DNA of 63,693 nucleotides, filler included, from Welwitschia mirabilis (lineage: Eukaryota), in assembly GCA_051453625.1 (NCBI GenBank). It is 8 parts of one record of this genome, joined end to end, with 100 filler letters (N's around TTAATTAATTAA, not from the genome) between each part and the next. Parts side by side here need not be neighbours in the genome. Positions count along the whole stretch, not along the records: positions 10,330 to 26,114 come from JBOZIK010000001.1; 7 more parts are not named here. One strand, 5' to 3'. Each line of letters starts with the position of its first letter. The stretch's first letter is position 1. The translations under genes were made by a program, and so were the position numbers. Below are positions 13,231 to 26,214 of the stretch, piece by piece. The notes below the pieces were generated by a model. It worked only from the letters and a program-made list of their open reading frames with translations, did not search any database and was not told where the DNA came from.

Positions 13231-14670
13231 ATTAGCATGGTAATTTTTCAGAAAGTGTATGGTTTGTTATTCTAGTTTCTTTACTTAAGTTTCATCTTTC
13301 TAGTGTTGGCTATTGGTCCATTTCTATTGATATTTAAATTGATCCTTTTTGTTTTTCTTCTAAGTATTATTCTCTTTTCCTACCAATGTTAGGTTTTGAT
13401 CCTTTTCTAGTAAAATCTAAATTGATTCAAGTTGTTAAGTTTGGTAACAATTCAAATTTCATTTGTATATCTAATATTTTCATGTTGTAGGTCTAATGAA
13501 TTTTATGTAAGTGCAACTAAACCTAAGATTATGATCTAAAGCTAAATCAAACTCTAACAATTTATTTATTTGTTTTGTTTTCTACATGATTCTATAATTT
13601 TTCATTATATAAAGTTTTGTTTATGTTAAATTTTATTTTTATTAAAAATTTTAATAAAAATTAAAAATCTTTAGTGCTTTTCCATTAGTTTTACTTCATT
13701 TCATTCTACCATTATTTTATTTTTTGTTGTTTTTTTAATGCCTTGTAATGTGAAATACCTTGCATAGTCACACCTATAACTACCATGTTTTCAAATAAAA
13801 TCTCTCAAAAAGATAGGAATTTCTATTAATAGTAATTTATGCTATTGGATTTCTCATGACTTTTTCACTTAGATTTTTCCTGTNNNNNNNNNNNNNNNNN
13901 NNNNNNNNNNNNNNNNNNNNNNNNNNNNNNNNNNNNNNNNNNNNNNNNNNNNNNNNNNNNNNNNNNNNNNNNNNNNNNNNNNNTTCGATGGTGCCCCTGA
14001 CGCGTTCTCCTTTTGGTGTCTTGTTTTAGCAGTTGAGACTGACTTTGGTGAATTCTTCTTTGGGCGCTATTTAGCAACCTCCTCTCTCTTTTAATAAACT
14101 CAACATAAATGACAACTTTGGCGTGCCCTGTCTTTCTCATAATTGTTTCAATGAAAATAGCAGGATGAACAAGGCCTTCATTGCAGACTGTCCGTGACCA
14201 CTGTAGCCTTTTTTTCTCAAATATAGGATTAATTGCTCTTCAGCCTTTGAATTTTTGGAAGGTCAAAATGACTCAAAGGAAATTCTTGTAACCTGATGCA
14301 ACCAGTACCCCATCCAACCCAAAACATCAAGGCACTTCAATGAAGGGGGTATTGGTTGATTTTCATCATTTTCATGCCTTGACACTTAAAAAATAAAGCA
14401 TTCTTGCTTATATTTATCACTTGTATTCTTCCCCCTAACTCATATGGGATTATTTACCAACGCTTGTCATCTCCTATGGCTCAACAACTTTGTCGCCTCC
14501 TGTGACTCTGTGTGGGTGCTCTTGCATCACCACCAAACTGCCATCTTAAGAGCATCGTCACAGTGTCAAANNNNNNNNNNNNNNNNNNNNNNNNNNNNNN
14601 NNNNNNNNNNNNNNNNNNNNNNNNNNNNNNNNNNNNNNNNNNNNNNNNNNNNNNNNNNNNNNNNNNNNNN

Positions 14671-16400
14671 CTAAAAGAATTTTCTAGGAATAACTCATTT
14701 TTATTTTCTTCTTTTTAAATCTTTCCATAACTTTAAGTACCCTAGATTTTGTTGCAAAAGTTTCTAGAAGTGGAATTTTATACTTACATTTTTTATCAAG
14801 GTTTTAAGATATTAATTAAAATTTGAATTAGTGTTAAGCTTATCAAAGCCAAAGGGTATCTGATTGCTTTTCTAATTATTGTAAAGGACTTTTCTTTTTA
14901 CCTTTATCTAGAGAAGGGAAGTTGTAATTTCTAATATTTTGATGTCCTCTTCTTCTTCATCATTTTTAGTGTTATTTTGGCAGGTTGATGCTTCACAAGG
15001 AGGAGGGTTTCCTTTGTATCCACTCTGTGTTGCAACCTCTCTTCTCATTTTGTTGGGGTTTGACAAGGGTTATATCGCTAATGATCCTTGTGATCTTTAG
15101 TTCACCAACATTGTTTGTTGAAATGAATTTACTAAGTTTTCAATGTTGGCATTTTGATCTTCTTGTAATTTTGTAAGTTTATCAATAGATTTTTGAAGTG
15201 AATCATATTAATGTTGAAGATTCTAATGAACTTGATTAAAAATTTAAATTTTTGAATCTATTTTTAAAAGGTTAAAAATTATTTAAAAATTTTTAAATTT
15301 ATTGTCAAAGGTTTGTATATTTAACCTAGGTTATGACTGATTTTGATTTCTAAATTTAAAAATCTTTTATTGAAAGTGCAAACTTATTCATGTATATTCT
15401 CCTTGTATGTTGGCAAGAGTGGACAATCCTTAGTAATGTGATAGTTATCCTCACATAAGTCACATGTTGTCATAAAATTTTTCATAGTTGTTGATTTTGC
15501 ATCTAAAATTATTTTAGTACATTTTTCCAAAGTTGTTATGAAATCTCTAATCAAATTTGCAGGGTCATCTTCTACCTCTTTTTCTTATTTAACTTCTTTC
15601 AAATCTTTAAGGATTTCTCCTATAGTGTAGTTATCTTTTAATGTTGACCAAGTTTGAGTTACCTCCACAAGTTCCTCTAATGTTTTCCAAGCATTCTCTA
15701 ACGCGAGATTCATAAGGTTTCCATCATAAGAAAAATCTACAAGTTATTTTGTTTAGCAATTTAGCCCACTATAAAAGTAGTCAAGTAGCTCTTCTAATGT
15801 AAAAACATCTATGGGATTAGAATAAATTAAAATGAAGAAGTATTATATGTGAAAGAATAATCTTCATTTGGTTGTTATTAAAAATTTATTACTTCCTTTT
15901 TCCTTTTTCTAATGGTTGTTTCACTCATAAATCTTTTAATGAAGGCTTCTTAGACATGATTCTGAGACTTTAGACTTTTATGAGGTATAGATTTAGTGAA
16001 AGTTTTCCTCTTTTCTTCAATGTCATTGAAAAAATAAGCATATATATATGATTACTAATTATTTTCTTTTTGTTTCTGGAGGTAAGAACTAGTTGTTCAA
16101 TATTCACAATGTGTTGGAGGGGATCTTCAGTGAGTTCATCACTAAAGATAGAAAAGGCATTTAAATTTTTTAATTCAACATCATTGCCTAGGGGTAAATC
16201 AAAAGGAGTTTGAATTTCGCATTTCCTATTTGCTATAATTCCCTAAAGGTAAGGTTTGCATTAGGACCATAGGTTGAAGACCCTATGACTTGTTTTTTCT
16301 TTTGCAAAATGTTTGACATTGTAAAATTATCTTCTTCTTCTAAATTATCTTCTAAAAAATTTTCTTTTATGGGATCGGATTCAGAAAAAATACACCCTCC
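14671..16400 (-). pseudogene. gag: Degenerate Athila-like gag (element A3)
   Basis: Colinear with the A1 gag region: VIGSSTYGPNANLT, EIQTPFDLPLGNDVEL, LLDYFYSGL (~15765-15790), ENAWKTLEELVE (~15665-15700). Confidence 0.75.
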
Positions 16401-17138
16401 ATACATCACCACATAGTTCTATATTCTTTTTGCTAGCTAAATCGCTGTCAAAAGGAATATTGTATGCACCTAGAGATTATTTTTCCAATTCCATTTCAAA
16501 GTCAACTAGTCCTTTTCTAGTGTTCTCTTCTATTAGTAGCCTTTCTCTTTGATACTTTTTTCCTAGATTGATCATGTCACAGCATCGTGCAAATAGAAAA
16601 TAAGAGAAAATGAAATTAAAAAATAACAAATAGTCATCTTGATTATCATGGGGATAACATAGGGGACAATGAAAATAGAAAGCAAAAATAGAGAATAGAA
16701 ATTTAGCATAAATCAAAAAGCTAAGAATATATTTTCATCCTTTTAGTCATGTAGATGACATAGGAAATGACGAAAAACTAATTATTACTGACTAACAATT
16801 ACTGTAATTTAAAAACAAAAGACTAAAACCATAAGTTGTTGTTCATAATGTCATGGGGACAATAGAGGGGATGACTCTTATTTTACTACTAAAGCCGAGA
16901 CTGAAACAAAATATCACAAATAGAAAGTAAACTGGAAAAACCCTGTTATCGTTCTTAGTGTTATGGAGACAATAGGGAGGACAATAAACTATTATTACAG
17001 ACAATAAAAATAGAAAACTACAAACTAAAAACCTACAAATCCTAATTAAGAAACATAATGTTGCTACAGATAAGGAACCAAACAAAAATCCAATTTACTC
17101 ATACGAATGACGATAACCCTTATGCTTCTCAACAACCT

Positions 17139-17156
17139 TCCCCAGCAACAACACCA
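17139..17156 (-). promoter_or_regulatory. Primer binding site, tRNA-Asp type
   Basis: Minus strand TGGTGTTGTTGCTGGGGA differs from TGGCGCCGTTGCCGGGGA only by C>T changes. Confidence 0.85.
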
Positions 17157-17159
17157 AGA

Positions 17160-18576
17160 TATTACAGTGGGTATTTTTATAATCCTTTTTATGTCACCAA
17201 ATCCTATAAATTAAAATAGATATAAACACACTCTAGTATGAATAGAAGTTACCTAAATGTTGTAATTCATCGAAGACTTATGAGAGAGGAATGAGAATTG
17301 ATTTTTAAAGAAAATATAGTAATCGAAACTTAAGAAAAATGAAAGGGATAAAGATGCAATGCAATGTAAGTGTAACTAAACCTAAATGAACACTTATCCA
17401 AGTACCAAATCAACATGTCAAGAAGATCGACCCTATATAACCTAAATTAGTCAAGGAGACTGTCACTAACTAGGACTAAGATATTATGCGAGTTGAATAA
17501 ATGCAATGAAAAATAAATCTAAAATTACTCTCTTTAGCCTTAACAAAGGATACACTTAAAACTTATATCATTAATGAAGATTTTACTGGATCAAGAAAAA
17601 CATAAACCATAAGGAAAACATAACAAAATTAAATGCACAATTAAAACATAGTTTTATATTAAAGTAGAATCAGCATTTGGGTTACAAAATAGTCAAGCCT
17701 CAATCAAGGATGCATAGCCCTTCACTAAGGGAATGTCTTTCTACAACTCGCGAGATGGATCTCCGACCCTTTGATCTCCTATCACAAGAATGTCTAGTGC
17801 AAATGAAGATGGATAAGAGAGTTAAAAGGGGGTTTTATTGATAGGGCTACGAAGCAAAACTATCATACAAAAGAAACTTTAAAAATGTGCTTAATTACAA
17901 GAAAGAAACAAATGAAATGGATAAATGTTAACTCGCAGTTATAGTGTCATCCTACCTATCATGGAGATAACCAAGGGGATAATGGCTTAAACGTTACATT
18001 CGTTGTCCTGCATGTTGTGGGATGACCATGGGGACAACACCCCTTTAGAAATGATGATTCAATAATACCAGCTCTNNNNNNNNNNNNNNNNNNNNNNNNN
18101 NNNNNNNNNNNNNNNNNNNNNNNNNNNNNNNNNNNNNNNNNNNNNNNNNNNNNNNNNNNNNNNNNNNNNNNNNNNTTAAACGTTACATTCGTTGTCTTGC
18201 ATGTTGTGGGATGACCATGGTGACAACACCCCTTTAGAAATGATGATTCAATAATACCAGCTCTAGTCCATGTTAGCATTCTCATGTGGCATCCACAGTG
18301 TTGTCATCCTAATTGTCATGGGGATGATAGAGGAGACGATAATCTTCTTTATCCTTTCAACTCAAGAGAAGTTAGTCTTTTTCATTAATGATCTTCCTCC
18401 AAGGCACAATGTATTAAAATACACTTTGAATGCCTCTAATCACTCTAAGAATTGCACATTTCTTAGATCTTCCATCAATTCTCCATAATCCTCAGAATTG
18501 CATCTAAACCTGTATAAATGTCCTATAAAATAGCTCATAACACTCCATTAAATACACACAATTTAGTAGCACATCA
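17160..18576 (-). repeat. Family-A LTR shared between A3 and A4
   Basis: TATTACAGTG...GTAGCACATCA; PBS on the left, PPT (TATCCCTTTACTTAGCC on +) on the right; contains a 100-N overlap gap. Confidence 0.85.
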
Positions 18577-20214
18577 TATCCCTTTACTTAGCCTTTGTTA
18601 GTTCTTAACAAAAACTAGATTAATAACTATAATTGTGAGTCAAATTATCTCTTAAAAAATCAATATGGAAATTATAACATAAGCTCATAAATAATTTCAA
18701 ACACATTACATAGCAAAATACTGCATAATGCATAATGTGTACGAAGTGATAATTTTAAAAATTATGTCTCATAAAAGATTTGAAATAACTCAAAAAGTTA
18801 TCAAAATGAGCCATGAAAATGAGTCTGCTCTCCCTTGAGAAAAATAACACGTCCCGTATTGGCTAATGAAATAAAGAAAGCAGACAGGGATGAGAAGATG
18901 GACGATGGATTTTTTTTGAATTTAAACAACTCTTTAAATTAAGTACAAAGCTGAATGTAGAAATGTCAGATTTGAAAAATAGAGATGTATGAAATATTCT
19001 CATAAGTATGGAAGTCAGTGAAAAATGTACTAATTAGAATGAAGCAGATTCATGAATGCCCAACAAATGTGCCATTAGAAAAATGATTAAAAGCAATGTG
19101 TAAAAATTCAAAATACTGTAAATAAACATCATAGAAATGTTAAAGAAACTCATCTAGGCAAGAAATGGATTCTTTATTGAAAACTGGGAAAGAAAACTAT
19201 TAAATGTTAAGGTCCAAAAATGATAACAAAATATGGAAATAACTTTGAAACAACTAGCTAAATAAAGAAAGAAAACAAATAGAATGGACATAAGACAACA
19301 TAAAGAGGATAGCCTACCTACTATAAATTTTAACTTAATAGACTCTCGTGGAAGAAATCATAACATCAGTTGATTTAAAAATGCATGACCTAATGTATAA
19401 CAAATTCCATTTGATAATGCAATGGTTATGACAATCCTAAAAATCCAATGCTTTAAACAATAAATGATAAGATCAAAGAGTTACTTAAAAATACTCACTT
19501 GCTTACATTTCAAAACCAAATCTGAATCCTTAGAAATGAAATGATCATGTGAAAAGACTAAGAGTCTAAGAAACAAGAAATACCTCTAATAATACCAGGA
19601 ACATCAATAATATCATAGCCTTAAAGTTTTTATTATTGATTATTTAACTATCCGTGATGAGGGAGTGCAACCATAGTCAAAAAAATAAGGACACTAGAAG
19701 CATGACCAACTAACCTCCAATTGAATTCCCACAGCTACCATATCACACTACTAGAAGCCCCTCTTGAGAAAATTTTCCCTGGTGTACTTGCGATAGGATG
19801 TCATAATAAAAATGTGTTCGAGCTATCTCAAATATAAAACATCATGATATTATTTTAATATTTTTCAAAGATGAAACATTCCACATGACCAAACATTCTA
19901 AAAGACAAAGGTAAAGTAATAAGATAAAAGACAAAAAAAAATACTCTTAAATAATCTAAGACTTTTGCATCATTGAGAAAAACATAAAAAATAAAGCATC
20001 TTCTTTCAAACTAAAGTTTATAGACATGTGAATGTCTAAATATTGGGTGAATCAAATCTCACCACTGTAAAATGCCCAAGTCAAAGACTAGTCATGGTAA
20101 TAAATACACAAGTCATGTTTGAAAGTTAATCAAGTAAAATCATAATGGCTTTCAGCCTCCAAAGTAAAAAGCTAACATAAAATTTAGACAATGATGGAAA
20201 GAATTCCTTCTCAT

Positions 20215-22155
20215 CAAGGGGAATTTCTAAGGCCAGTGCTTCTATCATGTTTATATCAGAAGGTTGCTTATATATTTTCAACCTTTATCCATTAACTTTC
20301 TGAATTTCTTTAGTGGTTAAGTCAAAAATCTCAACAGAGCCAGTAGAATGTATTTTCTCAATAAGATAAAAACCTAGACATTTTGAGGTTAACTTGTTAT
20401 GTAGAAGATGTTTTCTAGTATTGTTTAACAAGACGGGTTGACTAGGTTCAAAGTTCTTATGAATCAGCTTTATTATGTTTGAACTTACTTTAGGCTTTGT
20501 GCATAAGTTGACAATTAATAGCTTGAGTTTATTTTTCATCTAAATGATCTAATTAAGCTAAAGAAGTTTTAATATTTTCTTCTAAGTCCACAAGATTAAG
20601 TTAATGTATAAAACGATAGTAATTATAACACACATCAATAAGTAAAACACAGACTTTACTATATACAAGTTCCCTAAGGTGAAAAATCAAGTGAATTATG
20701 TCAAGTGGTATGATAAGCCTAAAAAACATCATTCAAGTTAAAATCCATTAGTTTGAGAATGGCAAGCACAAGCTACACGATGTTCTATACTAATGGATAA
20801 AACAAGTTTTCTAAAAGGATGGTTAATGAAGTGAGTTTCCTAATCACTAATGATTATTTTGAGGAAAACCAAAGTATTGAAAATTTTCTATTCTAATGAA
20901 GTTGCAAATGGTTTAGGCATCATTTGAGGAAGTAGAAACTGCCTTAACCCATTTAATCACATAATCCACAGCCATTAAAATGTAATTTTTGTCCTTATAA
21001 AGTGGTTTAATTGGGCCTATCTGATCAATTCACTAATAGTTAAATGATTCACACTCAAGAATAGGTTTAAGGGGAATTTTTTGCAATTGTAAAAGGCTCC
21101 CAAAATTTTTACATGTATCACACATTCTAGCATACTTAAAAGAGTCCTAAAAAAGACTAGACCAATAGAATCCCAAGTGAAGAATTTTCATGGCAATTTT
21201 CTGACTGCTAGAATGTCCGCCACAAATACGACTATGATAAGGTAAATAATATTGAGTTTCTCCCATTCTAATACACATTATCTCATGATTTGATCCTTAT
21301 ACCTACAATAAAGATGGGGCACTATCCACTCCTACTCATCTATCTTATGGAGAAAAGATTTTCCTTTATTGTAACTCCAATTTTAGTGTTTTCAAAGTGA
21401 GAAGATAGTTGATGATATTTACATACCATGAAGGGGGATGAGTAGAAGATACAATAAATAATTGTTCATCCAGAAAAGAATCACTGATAAGTAGATCATC
21501 AGAAGAAGAAGTAAGTTGTGATAAGTGATCTGCCATTTTGTTATGTTTTCCTACCTTATCTATGATGGTGAAGTTGAATTCTTGCATTAAGAGGATCCAT
21601 CTAATCAACCTAGCATTGGAATCTTTCTTAGTCATTAGGTATTTAATTACTACATGGTCTGTGTAAATATTCATGTGGAAGCCTAAAAGATAATGTCTAA
21701 GATTATTGAGGCAAAAGATTACAACTAACATTTCTCTCTCAGTAGTTCAATAGCTTTCTTGAGCTTTGGATAATGTTTTACTATAGCAAGATATGATTTT
21801 AAACTCATTTTCATTTTTTTGCCCAAGCACTAGACCTATAGCAAAATTACTAGCATTACACATTAACTCAAAATCATTTTCCCAATCAAGTCCTATTACG
21901 ATAGGTGCATGAGAGAGTTTACATTTGATTTTATTAAAAGCAAGCTGGTAATATGTATTCCAATCAAATTTGGCTTCTTTTTCTAGTAATGAGTATAGGG
22001 GCTTGCAGATTTTAGCATAATCTTATATGAAATGATGATGAAAGTCACAATGTCTAAGAAAAGATCAGAGTTGCTTAACATTGGTTGGAGGATTTAAGTG
22101 TTGAATGATACCAATTTTCTCAGGATCCATCTTAATTCCTCTTTTATAAATTTGG
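20215..22155 (-). pseudogene. pol: Degenerate gypsy pol of element A4: RT C-terminus, RNase H, integrase
   Basis: ORF 21366-21731 YTDHVVIKYL..ARLIRWILLMQEF (RNase H); LMCNASN (~21850); CGGHS..KILHLGFYW and ILMAVDYVIKWVKA (integrase); ORF 20285-20539 GSVEI..QKVNG. Confidence 0.9.
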
Positions 22156-22379
22156 TGTTAAACTCAATCAAATCAAACAATCAAAAAAACATTAAATTAA
22201 ACTTAATCATCCAACATTAACTAACATTAGAACAAATCCTTTGTTTGTCAAAAATTTCTTAAAGATAAATCAACTAAACTAAATTAAACCAAACCAAATC
22301 AAATTAGTATACATTAAAAATAAATGACTAATTAATAGGAAACATTAGAATCAATCCTTATTTTGTGTAATATTTTATA

Positions 22380-23430
22380 AATAATGAGTTTCTAGTTAAA
22401 CAAGAGTATTCCAAGGTAAGAATCCATAATATCACCCTTACAAATATTCAAAGTCCTCTTCACCACTCATTGCACACTTCTGTAAGTATTGCAGTAATAA
22501 ATCATGTCCTTATCTCAACTAATTTCTATCCCTGACTCCCTATCAAGTCTCTATAACCCTTACTTTAATACTTGGACTTGCCTCATATTTGCCTCTAAAA
22601 ATATAACTATTTCATCTATGAAGAGGTTACAGTAAAAGTTCCTATTATGCAGTGTGATAATTGTTCCTAATTTTTGTCTTACATAGTCCTATAAGTAATT
22701 AAGTACTATGATGAAGTGGTATGATGATAGGGGATACTTTTGCCTTTAACACCTTCTTGCTTCAAAAAATCTATGTAAGTTTTAGTTTAAACTTAGATTA
22801 ATCTAGTTATTATTTATATTTAGATAACTAGATTGGGAAAGTTATTTGGGAAGACCTTTCTCTCTAATATATAAGCCAATAAAATTTAGGATAGGATACA
22901 CTATAATTGGCATTTTCAATGTCTAATTTTAAAGTAATGGAGTGAAAAATCTCATGATTTAGTTTTACATGATCCAAGATACTTTTGCTATCCCAGAAGG
23001 TTATCTCATTAGGCCTTACTACCTCATGAAGATGAGGGAATATTCTCCTAACTAGAATCTTTGGGAAAAGTCTACATATTACATTAAGGACTCCAATTGA
23101 TTTAAATTCCTGCACATTTATCACTTTTACCTTTTTGGGATCATAATTATATTTATATTGTTTTAGGTAATGGATTTTACGAGCTTCCAAATCTCGATTA
23201 AATGTTACCTTTATTAAACCCCTCATGTAGCACCAATACATTTTAAAGAACTTCTTTCTTCATCCCTTTAGTCCTAAGATCTTATTTAGTTACATTTTCT
23301 CAAAAATTTTGTAGACCTCATCTTTTTCTAAGGATCTAAGGGGATTATTTCCCTATGAGACATTTGTACATATGTTCAAATGAAATTGAACTCTAATAAA
23401 ACTGAGTGAACTTCTAGTTTTGTTCTTCTA
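22380..23430 (-). mobile_element. L1 LINE ORF2 reverse transcriptase remnant (L1a, segment 3)
   Basis: ORF 22864-23241 FKSIGVLNVICRLFPKILVRRI and LKLDIENANYSVSY (cf. FRPISLCNV.YK..SK.LANRL and LKLDMEKAYDRVSW); YLGILL at ~22400-22420. Confidence 0.85.
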
Positions 23431-23449
23431 CAGGGACAAGGAAGGTAGT

Positions 23450-25018
23450 TGAAATAGTTAAACATAAAAACAATAATGCAAACTATAGTAAAACTACAAA
23501 TTAATAAAGTAAGAAGAAAAACTTCAAGGGGTGAAAGTAAAGAAATGAACTAACACACAAATAACTAACTTGAATATTCCATAAGTAAAAGTTCTTCAAT
23601 CAATGACATAATATAATTCATTTTATACCTTAATTTACTAAGTTCATTATGGATTAGAGTGTGGTGACATAATCTCATTCACCATATGAAAGGTCATGAA
23701 ATCCCTTTATCACTTTGGTTCTTCATAACCTGCTTATAAGCATTATAAGTAGGATTTGATTCCTAAAAAACATCAAACAATTACAAGTTATTAAAACAAA
23801 ATATGAACAAAAGATACTTACTTCAAAATGTATCTAACTTGATACTTACATAGTTCCAAATCAAACATTCAAGTAGTATAGACTTAAAATCAAAAAATGG
23901 AGACTAACTTTTATTGACAAATAAGAACTACATCACATCAAAGAAGAAGATTTAAACTAAAGAAACATCAAGATAGCATTAAGGCTAGCACATTCCCATA
24001 GGGATAGATTAGAATGGCATCATGAATATTGCTCCTTCTAAATCTTTCACCAATAAGAGATTGATAGAGATTAAGATGATATAATAAGGGCATCTTATCC
24101 TTTTTTATAGGCAAAGATAGGGATCGGGTGGTTGGGATCCTTTCACTTGTAGTGTTAGGTGGTTGGTTATAATTCTTTGTCTTGTGGCATTAGGTATGTT
24201 GGTTGGATCTTTAATTTTATATTATTTGATAATGGTTATTAGCATGCATTCAACACATGGATTTTGGAGCCAAGTTCCTCCACCAACCATTGCTATTATC
24301 ACATGTATCTAATGCCACATCCACATGCTATTACTACATATCATTGTCACATGTGTTCTAGCACTACTGCCACATACCATTGAAAATATGGCTGAGTTTG
24401 ATCTATTAATTGACTAACCTCATAACCATAAAAGGATTTCTTTTGTATAAAATACCCAAACCATAAGTATAAAGGTAATTACCCCCATCCGATCCATGTT
24501 GCCATACAAGTAACTGACACCACTGGCATTTTTAGCAAGATCATCTCTAATTTGTGAGATGTGCTTTGGTATGTTGCTAAATTCCTAAAGTTCATCCTAA
24601 GCTAAAAGATGATGATAATAATAATGATCTAAAATAGAAAAAAATGAAATTTAATCTATATGTCTTTAACTCTGAAATAAAAGTTATTTAATCCCATAAA
24701 ACTATGATTGAATTATTTAGTTCAACTGAGTTGAATACAATCAAATGATTTGACTAAACATAATAGTAGTAATTCTCACATGAAGTAATATATAATTTCT
24801 AAACCACATAGTTATTGCATGAACCTCATATTTGTAAAAGATATTTAGCATCAATATTAAGTTTACAAAATCCTAATTATTCATAGTTCAAAAATTTACA
24901 CGTAAATGTCATGAAGAATGCATAAGATCAAATATGGCATAGAAAAATAGCATAAGACATATTTTTATGATTAAATTGGTTAAATTAACTTCTTTATCAT
25001 GATAAATTGATTTGATAT
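23450..25018 (-). repeat. Family-B-like LTR, cut near its end by a family-A LTR
   Basis: 24090-24590 and 24903-25015 align with 26215-26805; left boundary approximate. Confidence 0.6.
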
Positions 25019-26114
25019 TATTGTCGTGCATATTTATGCAATCATTACATCCTTTGTCAAATCCTGTCAATTATAAATATTTATACAACACACATACTAG
25101 TATAGACGAGAGTTAACCCAAATGTTGTAATTTGTTGAAGACATTAGGCTTAAAGTTAGAGAATTAATTTTAAGTGAAGTATTTTTGTATTTTCTTGTTT
25201 AGGTTCAAATTAAAAGAAATAATGCAAGGAGATAATGCAAAGTAAAACAATGCAAATGAAATATATTCTAGATGCAATATCTATCCGACTATCAAATCTT
25301 CTTATTACAAAGATTAGCTCTATATAACTTATATTGATCAAGGAAACTATCACTAACCCTAATCAACCTAAGCTATCAAGTACATCAAACAAAATATGAA
25401 AAACATGTAATGATTATTCTATAAATGCAAGATGAAATGCAATGCAAAATCTAAACTAATGATTTCAACCTTAAAAAAGGTTACCCCTAATGATCTATAT
25501 CAACTATGAAGCTATTATGGAATCATAACCAATATAAACCATAAAAGAGATGCACATGAATAAAATTTTAAAAAAAAAAAATCATTATTTTTGAACCAAC
25601 ATCCTTGTTACAAAGCAGTGGCACCTCAATAAAGGATACACATCCTAGTACCAAGGAAAGACCCTCTCTACAACAATGAAGGATCTCCTACCCTTCGATC
25701 TCCTGTTACTAGATTTTCAAGTGTTAAAGAAGATAAAATCATAGTTGATCATGTCAAATGTATATATTACAATCAAAACACTCTAAAACTAGCAAATCTA
25801 ATAGACGTAATAAAAACCCTAATGATGCATAGGAGGTGCATGATACATTACAAAAATTTAGTGAAGTTTAGTGCATTAACTAAAAATATTGATCATTATA
25901 ACTGCTGTCTGGATGATGATGGGGACGATGCCACATCAAAAGAGGTTACACATCAGCTTCTATCTTTAGTCTAGTTAGCATTCTAATTATTGTATAGGTG
26001 GTGTCGTCCGTAGTATCGCTCAGACGATGAAGAGGACAATAGTCTTCTAAAGCTCTTTAATCAAGTTAATTTGGCTTTGAAGATCATTAACTTCTCCTCA
26101 GAATGTGAAATATA
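25019..26114 (-). repeat. Family-A LTR, truncated by a contig join
   Basis: Starts TATTGTCGTGCATATTTATGC; colinear with the LTRs at 39365 and 47151; no PBS adjacent. Confidence 0.85.
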
Positions 26115-26214
26115 NNNNNNNNNNNNNNNNNNNNNNNNNNNNNNNNNNNNNNNNNNNNTTAATTAATTAANNNNNNNNNNNNNNNNNNNNNNNNNNNNNN
26201 NNNNNNNNNNNNNN

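Noticed and set aside
16631..16986. CRISPR-like appearance (palindromic repeats with spacers of similar length)
   Set aside because: Repeats are highly degenerate, spacers are low-complexity and A-rich, there are no cas genes, and the array lies in a plant retrotransposon leader.
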